The notes beneath the pieces are model-generated. The model was not told the origin of the DNA and did not search any database. It saw nothing but the letters and a program-made list of their open reading frames with translations. Made by a program: the position numbers and the translations under genes. 64,000 nt of DNA from the human T2T-CHM13v2.0 reference genome, Homo sapiens: the NCBI RefSeq assembly GCF_009914755.1, contig NC_060925.1; one strand, written 5' to 3'. Shown piece by piece: positions 20,078-50,427 of the stretch. The first letter of the stretch is position 1; the number at the start of each line of letters is the position of its first letter.

Positions 20078-20257
20078 GAAAACACATGAACCAGAAATTG
20101 AGGCCTGGCTCTGCCATTTACACACTATGCAGCCTTAGGGAAGTCACTTCATCAATCTGAGCCTCAGTTTCCTCATCCATAAACTGGAAATAATAATAGC
20201 ACTCCTTCAGAGCTATCCTGGAAGACAGTAGAGTATGGATGTTAACAGCATGGGGTC

Positions 20258-21340
<1,083 letters not shown>

Positions 21341-22124
21341 TACATTTTTTTAATAAATAAATAAAAATAAATACTTTTTTTTATTTGGGCAACTGTGCCT
21401 CAGTTTCTCCACCTGTGATTTGGTGATAATAAGAGTCCCTACCTCATAGACTAAATGAGATATTTTATGTGTAAGATAGAGCCTGGCAATACTAACTTCT
21501 GGATAAATGATACTTCTCATTAAATAGTACCAGAGGGTTGTCAGAAGCACTACATGACCATGAAAGCAACTAGCTCAGCGATAGGGGATCATAAATGTCT
21601 TATAAATGGCACCTGTTGTCTTTGCTGTCACTTCTTACTGAAGGACTGTGGGGAACAGGGCTGCAATTCCCGGGCCCCACAGGTTTCCTGGCCAGGCTGA
21701 GGGTCCTCCCATCACCTGTAGGCCCCTTACTTCATTCCCTGAAGCCCAACTTTCTAGAGCATCTTCTGATGTTCCGATGTACGTTATAGATTTAGTTTCT
21801 CTAAATCCACCCAAAATGCATTTACCAGTTGTCAACCACTTATCAGCAATTAAGCTTCCATTTTAGATGTCAAGACAGAAATACATTTTGCTGCAGAGTG
21901 GGGAGGTGTTCAGACAGGTTGTCAGACTCAAGTTCTTATTGTTCTGTTCGGTTTAGCAAATAATTCATAGACTTATACACTTATATACACTTCCATAGAC
22001 TTAAAGCCAGAAGAGACCCTAGAGAGGTCCATTTTACAAAAGTGGAAATGGAGGCCCTGGAGATTACAGTGAATCAGGGACAGAGATAAGGGAGGACCAT
22101 ACTGCACGCTTTTATTGTTGCTGT

Positions 22125-22657
<533 letters not shown>

Positions 22658-22847
22658 TGCAGTTATTTTTTTAAGCTTAAACAAATTTGCAAAAATACCA
22701 CACACATAAAGAAAGTTTACATAATATATCTTACTGTTTAGAAAACAATACTGTAATCCCCGAACCTGCCATCCAGTGCAAGAAATAGAATTGATACCAA
22801 CACCTGTAAGGCCTCTAATGCTGTATCTGTTTAAATAAGGGGTCTGT

Positions 22848-23547
<700 letters not shown>

Positions 23548-23912
23548 ATCATTTTCAAAACCAGACTTTTTCCTTGGTGATGGTTCTAGCCAAATGTTTT
23601 AGCTCCTCAGTGTCATCGTGGTTTCCCGCCATCAGGAAGCTGGTAGTCCTTCTCCCAACTGAAGCGGTCACCACATTTGATTTCCACTATCAGGAAATGA
23701 ATATATCACTATTTTCATAACAGCTACCATGTATTGAGTGTGTGGTTGTTCTAGGCAGTAGGCTAAGCAGTTTCCATTTTATCACTTAGTTTTCACAAGA
23801 ATCTTAGGAAATCACCATTAATAAACCAATTTTTCAAATGAAACTGATGCCTAAAGAGGTTTAAAAACTTTGAGTATGTGAGGATGGGGTAGAAGCAAGG
23901 ATTGTCTTACTC

Positions 23913-25095
<1,183 letters not shown>

Positions 25096-25936
25096 GCCTC
25101 TGCTGGAGCCGTGGTTTTCCACAAAGAATTGACAGGCCTAAAAGGTCAATAGTGCCTTGGCTGAGAAAGCTTGTGCTCCAGGGAGGAAACCTGAAGAAAG
25201 AGGTTGCCAAACTCTTCTTGGGTGGTCATTGATTGCACCCAAATTGCATTTTATGAGACTCTCAGATCCATTATCTCTCTTGGTCTTGGGAAGACAGTAG
25301 AGGGAGTTGGGATGGATTGTTCAGCTCTTTGCATTACAAATGTATCCTGGGTGACAGAGAGGGTGTCCTGCAGTTGCTCCCATGCTCCCTGACTCTCTTC
25401 TCTCTTCTCATTGTTGTCTCTCTTTAGGCCAGCCCTGTCCAATGCAAAGGCGAGCCCTGGTTCCATGGGTGAGGAAGGGATCTCTGGGTGCTTCCAGGCT
25501 GAACCTCTAGTCTGGTAAACATCTGAAAGCAAACACTCCTCTCCCATGAGAATTGGTCTCCTGGAGAGCATGCCTTTCTGAGTGACAAGTTAGTATTCTT
25601 CTGTTACCCTGATTTGTATCCTATTTGCTGTTAGATAGCTCTGGTCTTATTATGCAAAAGGTGCCTTTCCCCCGTCTTGCCCTGAATTGTATTACAAAGC
25701 TTCCTCAAATTAGGAAACATTAAAAGGTGCCCAGCTCAGCCCAAGCTTCTCCCCTCATCTTGGAGGAGGAAAGGGGAGCTGTTTCAGTTTATGCTGCCAT
25801 ATAAAGGGCTGTTGTTTGTTTAGGTTGCTGTATTCCATCCCTGGCACTGTCTCCAAGCATGATACTATGACGAAGCTTGTTTTTGTTTTGTTTTGTTTTG
25901 TTTTTTACAGCTCTTTTCTCTTTTCCTTCCTTCCTT

Positions 25937-27977
<2,041 letters not shown>

Positions 27978-28689
27978 GAGTAGAAATTTTTTGTCTTGGC
28001 CTAAGCAGCAATGAGAAACCATGAGTCTATGATGGCAGAGGTACAGGGTCTTAGACTATGAGATTCAGAAGGCATCGTCAGGACTGTCTAAAACATTCTC
28101 TTCTCCCCATCTTTCACATCTTTTGAAATGAAGGCCCAGAAAGGGGCCCAGATGGATTGGGATTCATGAATCTTCAAGCATACACATTTTGGACTGCCCT
28201 CTTTAAAGAATGCAAAGTTACCAATACAGAATTAGGTACAGGGCCTTAAGCAGCCCATGCAAATGAGGGCTTGGGTTACAAGCTCACCCTTCTGATGGGG
28301 GAATGAATGGGATCTATTTTGGAAAAGAGTGAGCATGGGGCCTGGGGAACGTGTGAAAGGGGATGCCCATCCTCCAATTTGTACCTACTATAAGACAGAA
28401 CAAACAGAGGAACATAAAGCCGGGGTGCTTTTTAGAGACCACAGAGATTAGAAGGGCTTCTGAGTGGCAAAGAATGATTGAGGTTATAGGACAGTGTAAG
28501 GATTTAGGGGATCAGTGACAAAGCTCCCATTTTTGATCCCCTTTCCAGCAAAAGTGATCCAGAATCTGAATGGAAAGGAATCTGGAGATCATCTAGTCCC
28601 AACTCCTATATAACACAGTTCGTCTTCAGTATTACCCAAAATGTGTATAGTCTGTGCTTGAACACCGTGTGTCACAGAGAATTCACTGA

Positions 28690-30527
<1,838 letters not shown>

Positions 30528-30829
30528 CCCTAATTCATTATTAATGAGGGAGCCAGTAAGCTGTTACAACCAGTTCACAGGAGAATTCAAAGAACAGACA
30601 CATTTTTTGATCAAAAATATTCACATAAATGTGCAAATGGAAGCAAAATTGGCTTCTTCCGCAGTCAGGGAGAGAAGTTAATGTAACCTCTGCTAGACAG
30701 AATTTGCACGTCAATAGACAGGAATTATTTTACCTTGCTATGAGGTTTTTTACAATTTATAGAGTTGTGAAATAGCTCAAAAGCAATGAGAGGCTAGAAT
30801 CAGATAACCTGGAAGGGTGTGTGCTAGAC

Positions 30830-31464
<635 letters not shown>

Positions 31465-31869
31465 CTCTAGACAATGCAATTTTCCCTTAAAGCACAAATT
31501 TTCCCTAGACTCTATGGTAGGCAGAATAATGATTCCCTAAAGATGCCTATATCTTTTTTTTTTTTTTAAGCAAAGTCTCGCTTTGTCGCCCAGGCTGGAG
31601 TGCAGTGGCGCAATCTTGGCTCACTGCAACCTCCGCCTCCTGGGTTCAAGTGATTCTCCTCCTTAGCCTCTGGAGTAGCTGGGATTACAGGCACACGCCA
31701 CCAAGCCTGGCTAATTTTTGTTTCACCATGTTGGCCAGGCTGGTCGGAAACTCCTGACCTGAAGTGATCCGCCCGCCTTGGCCTCCCAAAGTGCTGGGAT
31801 TACAGCCGTGAGCCACCGCACCTGGCCAAAGATGCCTGTATCTTAACCCTGGAATCTGTGAATATGTTA

Positions 31870-31957
31870 TTAGGTTGGTGCAAAAGTAATTGCAATTTCT
31901 GCAATTAAAAATAAAGGGGGAGGGGCAAAAACCGAAATTACTTTTGCACCAACCTAG
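31870..31957. mobile_element. MADE1 (Hsmar1-derived MITE)
   Basis: TIRs TTAGGTTGGTGCAAAAGTAATT / AATTACTTTTGCACCAACCTAG flanked by TA at 31868 and 31958. Confidence 0.93.
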
Positions 31958-32599
31958 TACGTTACATGGCAGGAGATAATTCAAGTTGTTCACCAGATGA
32001 CCTTGAGATGAGGTGTTACCCTGGGTGGAATGAGCCAAATGTAATCCAAAGGGTGCTTAAATGGGAAAGAGGGAGGCTTAGCAGTCAGAACAGAGAGATG
32101 GATAGAATCATGAGAAAGACTTGACTATCTATTGCTGGCTTGGAAGTTGGAAGGGGACCATGAGCCAAGGAATGCAGGACACCTCTAGAAGCTGGAAACG
32201 ACAAGGAAATGGCCTCTCCCCTGGAGCCTCTGGAAGGAAAATCCTTCTGACACCTTGATTTTAGCCCAGGGAGAGCCATTTTGGGCTTTTTAATTTTTTA
32301 TTTATTATTTTTTTGAGACAGAGCCTCACTCTGTCACCCAGGCTGCAGTGCAGTGGCACAATCTGGATTCACTGCAACCTCCGCCTCCCAGGTTTAAGCA
32401 ATTCTCTCCTCAGCCTCCCCAACAGGTGGGATTACAGGCACGTGTCACCACGCCCGGCTAATTTTTTGTATTTTTAGTAGAGATGGGGTTTCATTATCTT
32501 GGCCAGGCTGGTCTTGAACTCCTGACCTTGTGATCCACCAGCCTCGACCTCCCAAAGTGCTGGGATTACAGGTGTAAGCCACCATGCCCGGCCCCCCCT

Positions 32600-34325
<1,726 letters not shown>

Positions 34326-34429
34326 CTATTTTGGACATCTGATCTCCAGAACTATAGGATAATAAATTTGTGTTAAGTCACTGAGTTTGTGATAATTTAT
34401 GACAGCAGCAATAGGAAATTAATACACCC

Positions 34430-35540
<1,111 letters not shown>

Positions 35541-35574
35541 GAGGAGATGGGCCTATGAGAATGAGATATTTTTA

Positions 35575-39024
<3,450 letters not shown>

Positions 39025-39628
39025 GCATTATTATCTTCTCAAACGTAAGAGTCACACTTTTTGGACCACAGGTGAATAATTCTGCAGACTATACCATAAT
39101 GGCACTCATCATAGGTCCTCCTGAGGACTGAATCTGGATGAAGATGTTAGTAACTGTGAATGTGTGAGTTCTATGAAAGACACAGGAAAGTCCAGGGTTG
39201 TGAGTAGACTTTCCCCCCTCACTGCCAGTTTCTCATTTATAGGGTTTTCCCCCAACAAAATATGCAGGTATCATCTGTTTCAGAGAATCATACTTCAGAT
39301 AATCCCCAAGGTCCCTTTCAGCTCTAGACTGACACCCCATTTTCAGGAAGAAGAAAGCAGCTCAGAAAGAATAAATGAATTGTGTAAGGGACACACCAGG
39401 AGAGCTAGGAAACAGGAAAACTTGGAGTCTATCTTAGCCACCAGAAACCACCTGCCCCCAGCCCCCAGCTTTCTCACTCAGCAGCTCATCACTGTATTCC
39501 AGAAGCTCCCCAGAGGACAAAAGCACAGAAGTTATCTCATCTGAAAATAAAACATTTTACCCTATTATTCTCCAGGGACAATTATGGAGCATTTCTTGCT
39601 ATCATTCTGCAACTCCAAATAAGTTTAG

Positions 39629-39642
39629 GTTCCCATAGCAAC
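39629..39642. promoter_or_regulatory. RFX X-box motif
   Basis: GTTCCCATAGCAAC fits GTHNYY-AT-RRNAAC. Confidence 0.45.
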
Positions 39643-40069
39643 ACTCTGCTCTGGAAACTGGCATTGTTCCCCAGTCCATGTGGGAAGAAACAAGAGCTTC
39701 TCCTAGAACACTCACAGCAGGTGGGAGAGGCCATGGCATGGAGTGTGGAGACAGTTGCTGAGGACTTTGTCCAGCCAAAGATAAGGAACCTACTTTAGTC
39801 ACCCGTGAGTGACTAATGCTTGATCATCCTGGATGGACCCCAACAAGGGAAGTCTGCCAAGAAAGTCTCCGCATTGCAGGAAGCATTGAGCCCAAGCAAG
39901 AAATTAAGACCCTAAGCTCCATCGAGTCAAAGAAACGTAGACTAAACTTTGCTAAAGTACACAGTGTTTTCATAGCAAAGGTGTTGCAAACACAAAGGTT
40001 TAGTTGGTAGACAAATTTAGAGGCCGATCACATGCTGAATGATTTGGGGCTTGTGTACTGATGTCTATA

Positions 40070-41271
<1,202 letters not shown>

Positions 41272-41300
41272 ATTTATTTTGAGATGGATCACAGGAACAT

Positions 41301-41851
41301 TTTCAGAGGGGTATAAACCAAAGCAACTCCATCTTGAATAGGAGCTGGGTAAAATAAGGCTGAGACCTACTGGACTGCATTTCCAGTGGACGGTGAAAGC
41401 GTTTTAAGTCGCGGGATGAGACAGGAGGTCAGCACAAAATATAGGTCATAAAGACCTTGCTCATAAAACAGGTTGCAGTAAAGAAGACGGCCAAAACCCA
41501 CCAAAAACAAGATGGCCATGAGAGTGACCTCTAGTCATCCTCACTGCTACATTCCCACCAGCGCCATGAAAATTTACAAATGCCGTGGCAACGTCAGGAC
41601 TCTATATGGTCTAAAAAGAGGAGACATAAATATTCCACCCCTTGTTTAGCATATCATCAAAAATAACAATAAAAATAAGCAAACAGCAGCCCTCGGGGCT
41701 GCTCTGTCTATGGAGTAGCCATTCTTTTATTCTTTTACTTTCTTAATAAACTTGCTTTCATTTTACTCTACGGACTCACCCTGAATTCTTTCTTGCATGA
41801 GATCCAAGAACCCTCTCTTGGGGTCTGGATCAGGACCCCTTTCCTGTAACA
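41301..41851 (+). mobile_element. MER41A solo LTR (ERV1)
   Basis: ~551 bp; AGCAACTCCATCTTGAATAGGAGCTGGGTAAAAT...GAGATCCAAGAACCCTCTCTTGGGGTCTGGATCAGGACCCCTTTCCTGTAACA; 4-bp TSD ACAT/ATAT. Confidence 0.9.
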
Positions 41852-42372
41852 ATATGACGAATTGATTGATGGGGGGATGGATAGACACATACTACAGTAA
41901 AATATTAATTGTAGCACCTAGGTGGTTGGTATAAGTAGTCACTGTAAATTTTTTTTAAGAGACGAGATCTCACTCTGTCACCAGGCTGGAGTGCAGTGGC
42001 CCAAAGATTTCGATTGAATTAGGTTGAAATTATTGAAATATATCTTGGTGTTAAAAGGAACCCAAAGGAATTTTTTTAAAATACCAAATTAAATGTCAGT
42101 TATTGTTTTGGAATTGGTTACTGTTACCCTATCATACATTTATGTAAAATAAGCACTTATAAAGGGCAGGGTAGAATTAAACAAGTGTATTTTAGCCAGG
42201 AAGTTGAATATCCCAAAAATGGAATCTCAAGCTGGCAGTTTTTGAATGCTAGAGCCTATCACTCAAGTCCCGGGGCTGGTGGAATATATAGTTAGAAAAT
42301 TTAAGCTTGATGCTCCTTCTTTTACAGTGTTCAAAACAAGTGAGGGTCAGGGTAAAAACAAAAAAAATTTAA

Positions 42373-42500
42373 GGCCAGTCATGGTGGCTCCCACCTATAA
42401 TTCCAGGTCTTTGGGAGGCTGAGGAAGGAGGATCAATTGAACCCAGGAGTTGGAGACCAGCCTGAGCAATATAGGGAAACCCATCTCTGCAAAAAATTAG
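42373..42500 (+). mobile_element. Alu left monomer truncated at the hairpin
   Basis: Left arm plus linker AAAAAATTAG, no right arm. Confidence 0.85.
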
Positions 42501-42684
42501 AAGAGTTAAAACCACTGGTGTGTACAGTGTATTTGTGAAACGCAGAGTAGCTCACAAAAAAAATTTATCTTCAAATTTCAAAGATCATTTTATCTCAAAG
42601 ATTAAAATTTGAAGATAAATTTTTTTGTGAGCTACTCTGCGTTTCACAAATACACTGTACACACCAGTGGTTTTAACTGTTCTA
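42498..42684. repeat. Near-perfect long inverted repeat (81/80-bp arms, 26-bp spacer)
   Basis: Arms 42498-42578 and 42605-42684; one mismatch and one homopolymer indel. Confidence 0.97.
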
Positions 42685-42763
42685 GAAAGCAACCAAGACT
42701 TATAACCTGTGAAAATGGGGCCACCTGGTGGTCAGAGTTAGGAACAGTCTAATAACGTCTTTC

Positions 42764-43893
<1,130 letters not shown>

Positions 43894-44465
43894 GTGTTCT
43901 TATATCTCATGTCCTTCAGTAGCACCCATCTGTGGCATCAGCAGCTCAGGTCTGGCTTGACTCTCTTCTCTTCTTGCCTCAGCAGGGAGGGCTCTGCCTC
44001 AACTCCCTCCAGGGTACAGCAGCAGCTGTAACAGCAGGGAGTTAAGGCAGAAACAAATAGAATATGCCTTAAAAAGCTGATTAAAGACAAAATGAAAGCT
44101 GGTAATAAAAAAAAAACAAAACTGGCCAAGGCTATTAAAATTGTTGAATTCACTATGAGTTATTATAAACTCTATAAAGAAGTAAATCTAGTGAGTTAGC
44201 CATTAAATAAATAGGCTTGAAACCACCTCCCTGGGCCTTGATCTATAAAATGAAAACATAATAGCATCAATCTCATAGGGAAGTTCTAAGAATTAGATCT
44301 TTGCACAATGCCTGGTACTTGGAAAATACGTTACTATTGCTATTCCTAGGACCATCAGGCACTATGATAGTTTGCTTCAATAACCTTCACAATACCTCAA
44401 GGATGTTAATTATTTTGCTCAAGATCACAAAGTTCCGACATAGATCAGACTCCAAAGCCCATAAA

Positions 44466-44495
44466 ACACACACACACACGCGCGCGCGCACACAC
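44466..44495. repeat. (CA)n(CG)5(CA)n alternating purine-pyrimidine tract
   Basis: Seen directly. Confidence 0.95.
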
Positions 44496-45410
44496 CTTTA
44501 TTGCGATACGTAACACCAATAAAGTGCATGATGTTGCTCAGAGGCCTGCAGAAAAAAAGTGCATGAAACATACAGATTCATGAATAATTAGAATGCAAAC
44601 ATCCATGGAATCACCATTTGACTAAAAATAAAAACTCTGGCCGTCCTGTGTCTCTTCCACCTTCCATACCACACGCCCGTCTCTCTCGTCTTTGAGTTCA
44701 CCACTAGCCTGACGCGTGGAAATCAGTTTCTAGCTTTTCCTTTGTGTCCCATGTGGAATCATACTGTTATTTTTGTCTGGCTTCTTTGGTCAACATTATG
44801 TTCTTAAGATTCATCTACGTAGCATAAATTAACTTTGTATACAAATACACAATTATTGCATTATTTCTTGCAGGGTCTGGAGCAACATCTATAGTCAAAC
44901 ATACTGATATTTCTACAGGAAGCATGGTCAATAAAAACTACGTGTAGCCTCATGTTCAGGTTTTGCCTCCAAATGAATTTTGTCTCAAACATGAATCTAT
45001 GTTTGGGACTTCCTGACACCTGAGATATCAACAATCAGTATATTCCTCTTCTAGTGGACTTTTAAGAAACTTAATTCCTGAAAAAAAATTCAATATTTAA
45101 AACAAACAAGTTTCAAAAATGTTCAAACCACCCTTTCTCACCTTGCAAACTTACATATTCTTGTCTCCTGTCTCAGAGGATGTTTTCTTTTCCAAGGTCA
45201 ACTGGTTCTTCAGGGCCTTCCGTCTCATTCATTCCCATCTTCTCTGGAGCCTTGGTACAAGCCATCATCCCCTCTCCCGTATCTTCAACATTTCCATTGG
45301 CCCTCCCGGTTTTTTTTTTAAAGCCCCCCCACCCAGTCCCTTGTGGTTATCCTTATTTCCTCTCCTTCCTTTCTAAGCAAGTTTTAAAAAATTTTGAGCC
45401 AGGGTCTTGA

Positions 45411-45815
<405 letters not shown>

Positions 45816-46042
45816 TGACCTCTCACTGGAGCTTCAGAATACATGTACATGGACAGATTTCCAAATCCAACTTTCCAGTAACTCGAGACACATCTAATTG
45901 TGCTCAAATTTCTTAGTCACCTCTCTTGGGCCTAGGCCTGTTCCTGCATTCTTTATCAGTGAATAGTTACTATCTACCAGATAATCTAACTAGAAACCCG
46001 GTAGTGATGCCATACTCTTACCCTGCCTCCAAATCCAAATTA

Positions 46043-46633
<591 letters not shown>

Positions 46634-46889
46634 TTTAGTTGAGCAAGTACTGAGCACCTTACATATGTTAAAACATACTACAATTCATCCTGGTGTAGAT
46701 ATTAAACTCCCTTTTAGAAAAATGTATGCATAGTGAATGATATATTTACATTTAGGTCAAAATGCTTCTGAAGAAATCACTATAGAGTATTAAAGTGTAT
46801 CAGGAATCATAAATAGGTATTACTAAGTTTGCATGTCAAAGGTCAGCTTTATACACTTAATAGGAAAGTAGCCTCAAATTCATCCTAAG

Positions 46890-47618
46890 TTTTGGCAGCC
46901 AGCCTCCAAGGTGGCCCTGATGATTCTCACTTCATGGTATTCTAGCCCTGGGTAGTCTCCTCCCATACTGAAGAGGGTTGACCTGTGTGGTCAATGAGAT
47001 ACTGTGGAAATGGAGTCTTCCTATTCACTTTGTGGGGGAAGCCAGCTACATGAGAATATTCAGTATATGCAGAAGTCCACTTGCCTAGGAAGTGAGGTGT
47101 AGTCATGCACGTGAGCCACCTTGAAAGCAAATCCTGCAACCCTAGTCAAGCCTTCAGATTACTTTTTAAAAAAAAAAAAAAAAAGACATGGTCTTCCTCT
47201 GTCACCCAGGCTGGAATGCAGTGGCACAACCACAGCTCACTGAAGCCTCAACCTGTCGATCTGCTGGGCTCAAGCAGTCCTCCCACCTCAGCCTCCCGAG
47301 CAGCTGGGACTACAAGTGTGTGCCACCATGCCTGGCTAATTTTTAAATTTTTTTGTAGAGACGAGGTCTCACTATTGTTGCCCAGGCTGGTCTTGAACTC
47401 CTGAGCTCAAGCGATTCTCCTACCTTGGCCTCCCAAAGTGCTGGGATTACAGGTGTTAGCCACCGCACCCAGCCTGCAACCTCTTAAGAGTCAGAATCAC
47501 TCAGCTAAGTGACTCTTGGATTCTTCACCCAGAGTAATTGTAGAGGATAATAAATGTTTGTTTTAAGCTGCTAAGTTTTAGGGGGGTAATTTGTTATGCA
47601 ACAACAGGTAATGCATAG
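46890..47618 (+). mobile_element. MLT1F-like LTR with AluJ (-, 47165-47473)
   Basis: TGGCAGCCAGCCTCCAAGGTGGCCC...TTGTTTTAAGCTGCTAAGTTTTAGGGG...TTTGTTATGCAACA. Confidence 0.7.
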
Positions 47619-49029
47619 AAACCTGTCCAATATAACTCATGGAAATTTTGTCTTGCCATTTCATCTATTGGGATGGGAAAAGATTGAAGGACTCTTAATT
47701 GTGAACAGTCAAAAGGTTGAAAATGTTATAAGAAGTTGCTTTAAAGAGCAGCTCATAAATCAATCTTTGTAGGAAAGCTGACAATTTCCAACTATGGGGT
47801 ACAGAAGTTGGGCCTTGGAGTATACTAGGTAATTCATTTTCTTAAAACTGAGGACCAGACCAGGTACTCTGTACCTCCAGTAAAGATCAATGATCACAAG
47901 GGAGAGTCACACAGGAACTAATGGAAGAAAAGGAACCCAAACTCAGACTCCTGCTGCTCCCCTCTCATTACTCGTCACATGCTTAGTTTTTTAGACCATT
48001 TCTGCCAAAGTAAACAACAGTAAATAACAGCCCAACTTACCTTTACATCTGTATTTCCTACTCCTTTTATTTCAGGCACCCATGAGTCAAACCAAACAGA
48101 ACCAACCACCAGTCAAGAAAATTACGCCTTCTTAAAAACTAATCTATACCTCCTACCACACACACAATGTGATTTTTCATACAAATCACATTGTATTACA
48201 CTTCAAACATCTCACTTGAGTTCTAATTATGAAGGCAGGGTCATGTTTTATGTTTTTGTGTACCTGAGGCTTAACACAGCACCTCTAGGCATATTTCAGT
48301 AAATACAGCTGGTATACGTCGTGCCATTTGACTTCTGTATTTTAGTTCCTTCTGCTTTATCATCTTAGAACACACCCTTCTCATATACCTCTGTATCTAA
48401 AATCCTGGCTTACTTCAAGTATCATCCCAAAGAAATATTCTAATTTCTACTACCACCTACCCCCATTGTCATCCTACCTCATATAAAACAGAAGTAATCC
48501 CTACCTCATCTGAACCCCCACAGAATCTAGATCTCCTACATTAAATCTTAGTTGAATGAATTAAGAGATTGAGTTCAGGACTCGTCTCCTGGAAGTCTTC
48601 CTTGAATCTGCCCTCCTTTGCTCTATCCCAACATGCACTACAATGTATTAAATCATTTGTGTGCATGCTCCACCAGCATACCCTTCCTTCTCTGATGGCA
48701 CCTAGAAAGGATCAACATGCTTTCAGGACACTATCAAAAACAGTGTTACCACACTGACAGTATGGCCATTCTCATCTTAGAAATGCCTCTTTCAACTAAA
48801 AATGAATATTCTTTCTTTTTTAGATAGCAGATATATCAATTTACATGAAGAGTTCGAAGGCTAGAACAATAAGCCCAGGTACATTAAGACTAATGGTAGA
48901 AAATCGGAGGTACCAAGGCCCTATGAAAACCAAAACCACCCCACCTTCTTTGCTGCTGGCCAGATTTTGGCAGCTGAACTCAGTTAAAGTTCATGTTCCT
49001 GTTTTCTTGATAGATGTCAAAATGTAATC

Positions 49030-49775
49030 TAGAGCCTGCTATTCAGTATCACCTGGATGCTTGTCAGGAATGCACTCTCAAATGGTCCAGCCACCTTAGA
49101 AAATAGTTTCCCGGTTCTTTAAAATGTTAGTTACCATATGACCCAATAATTCCACTCCTAGGTATATTCCCAACAGAAATGAAAACATACTTTCACACAA
49201 AATCTTGTACATAAATGTTCATAGCTGTATTATTCATAATAGCCAAAAAATGGAAACTGATGCAGGGACACAGAAAACGTGCTATAGCCATACAATGGAG
49301 TATTATTCAGCCACAAAAAGGAATGAAGTACTGATACATGCTACAACATCGATGAACCTTGAACACTAAGTGAAAGACGCCAGGTACAGAAGTCTATAAA
49401 ACGTTATGAAATGTCCAGAAGATATAAATTAAGGCAGAAAGTGGATTAACAGTTGCCAGATGCTGGTGGAGGGGAAAAGGGTGGAAGGGAGAGGGGGATG
49501 GGGAGTGATAGGTACAAGGTTTCTTTTTCAGCACGGTGAAAATGTCCTGAAATTAGAATGGTGATAGTGGAACAACTCTACATGCTAAAAAACAGTTAAT
49601 TGGACAGTTTTAAAGAGTGAATTTTATGGTATGTGAAATATATTTCAAACTACTTTTAAAAAAAGAGAAAATAAATTCAAATTCTCCAGGTTGACCCCAG
49701 ACCTACTAAATCAAAATCTGCATTTTAACAAGATCCCTGGTGATTCCCATACACACTGAAGTTTGAGAAACAGTG
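49030..49775. mobile_element. MER5-like MITE interrupted by an L1MB 3' end (+, ~49080-49670)
   Basis: CCCCAGACCTACTAAATCAAAATCTGCATTTTAACAAGATCCC...AGTTTGAGAAAC; L1MB AATGAAGTACTGATACATGCTACAAC. Confidence 0.8.
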
Positions 49776-49989
49776 ATTTAAAAGATACATGGTCAAAATT
49801 GTTCCTCTGGTTAATCTCATTCACAGAATAGTTAACTTGATTTCACTAGGGTGAATTTTTTCTGCCACAATTGCTTGCTATACAATTAAATGCTCATATT
49901 GATTCTACAACTTCTGGTTTTTCCCTCAAAAATTTGCAAAGTTTTAGTACTGGTTGGAACCTGCACCGAACTAGGAGCAAAGCCTTGGC

Positions 49990-50293
49990 ACTTTTTCTTT
50001 TTTCTATTGAGACAGGGTCTCGCTTTGTCGCCCAGGCTGGAGTGCAGTGGCTTGTTCTCAGCTCACTGCAGCGTTGACCTCCCAGGATCAAGTGACCCTC
50101 CCACCTCTCAGCCTCCCAAGTAGCTGGGGTGAGAGGTGCACAACATCATGCCCAGTTAACTTTCTGTCTTTTTAGTAGAGATGGGGTTTTGCCACGTTGA
50201 CCAGGCTGGTCTCGAACTCCTTAGCTCAAGCAATCCTCCTGCCTGAGGCCTCCCAAAGTGCTAGGATTATAGGTGTGTGCCACCACATCCGGC
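49990..50293 (-). mobile_element. AluJ
   Basis: Dimeric Alu. Confidence 0.9.
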
Positions 50294-50427
50294 ACACATG
50301 TATTTTTTAATCCTCAACAGTACTGGGTATATAGAAGATGCTGTCACTTTAATTAAACCACCAGTTTTGAAGGGAGTGGCAATAACATACGTAAAGTGAA
50401 CAAAGAAGGTAGAGAATCTAATGGGAA

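Noticed and set aside
25797-25807. CCATATAAAGG as CArG or TATA box
   Set aside because: Seven A/T between CC and GG (CArG needs six); no other promoter evidence
49471-49503. G-quadruplex motif
   Set aside because: Ordinary G-rich tract of an L1MB 3' UTR
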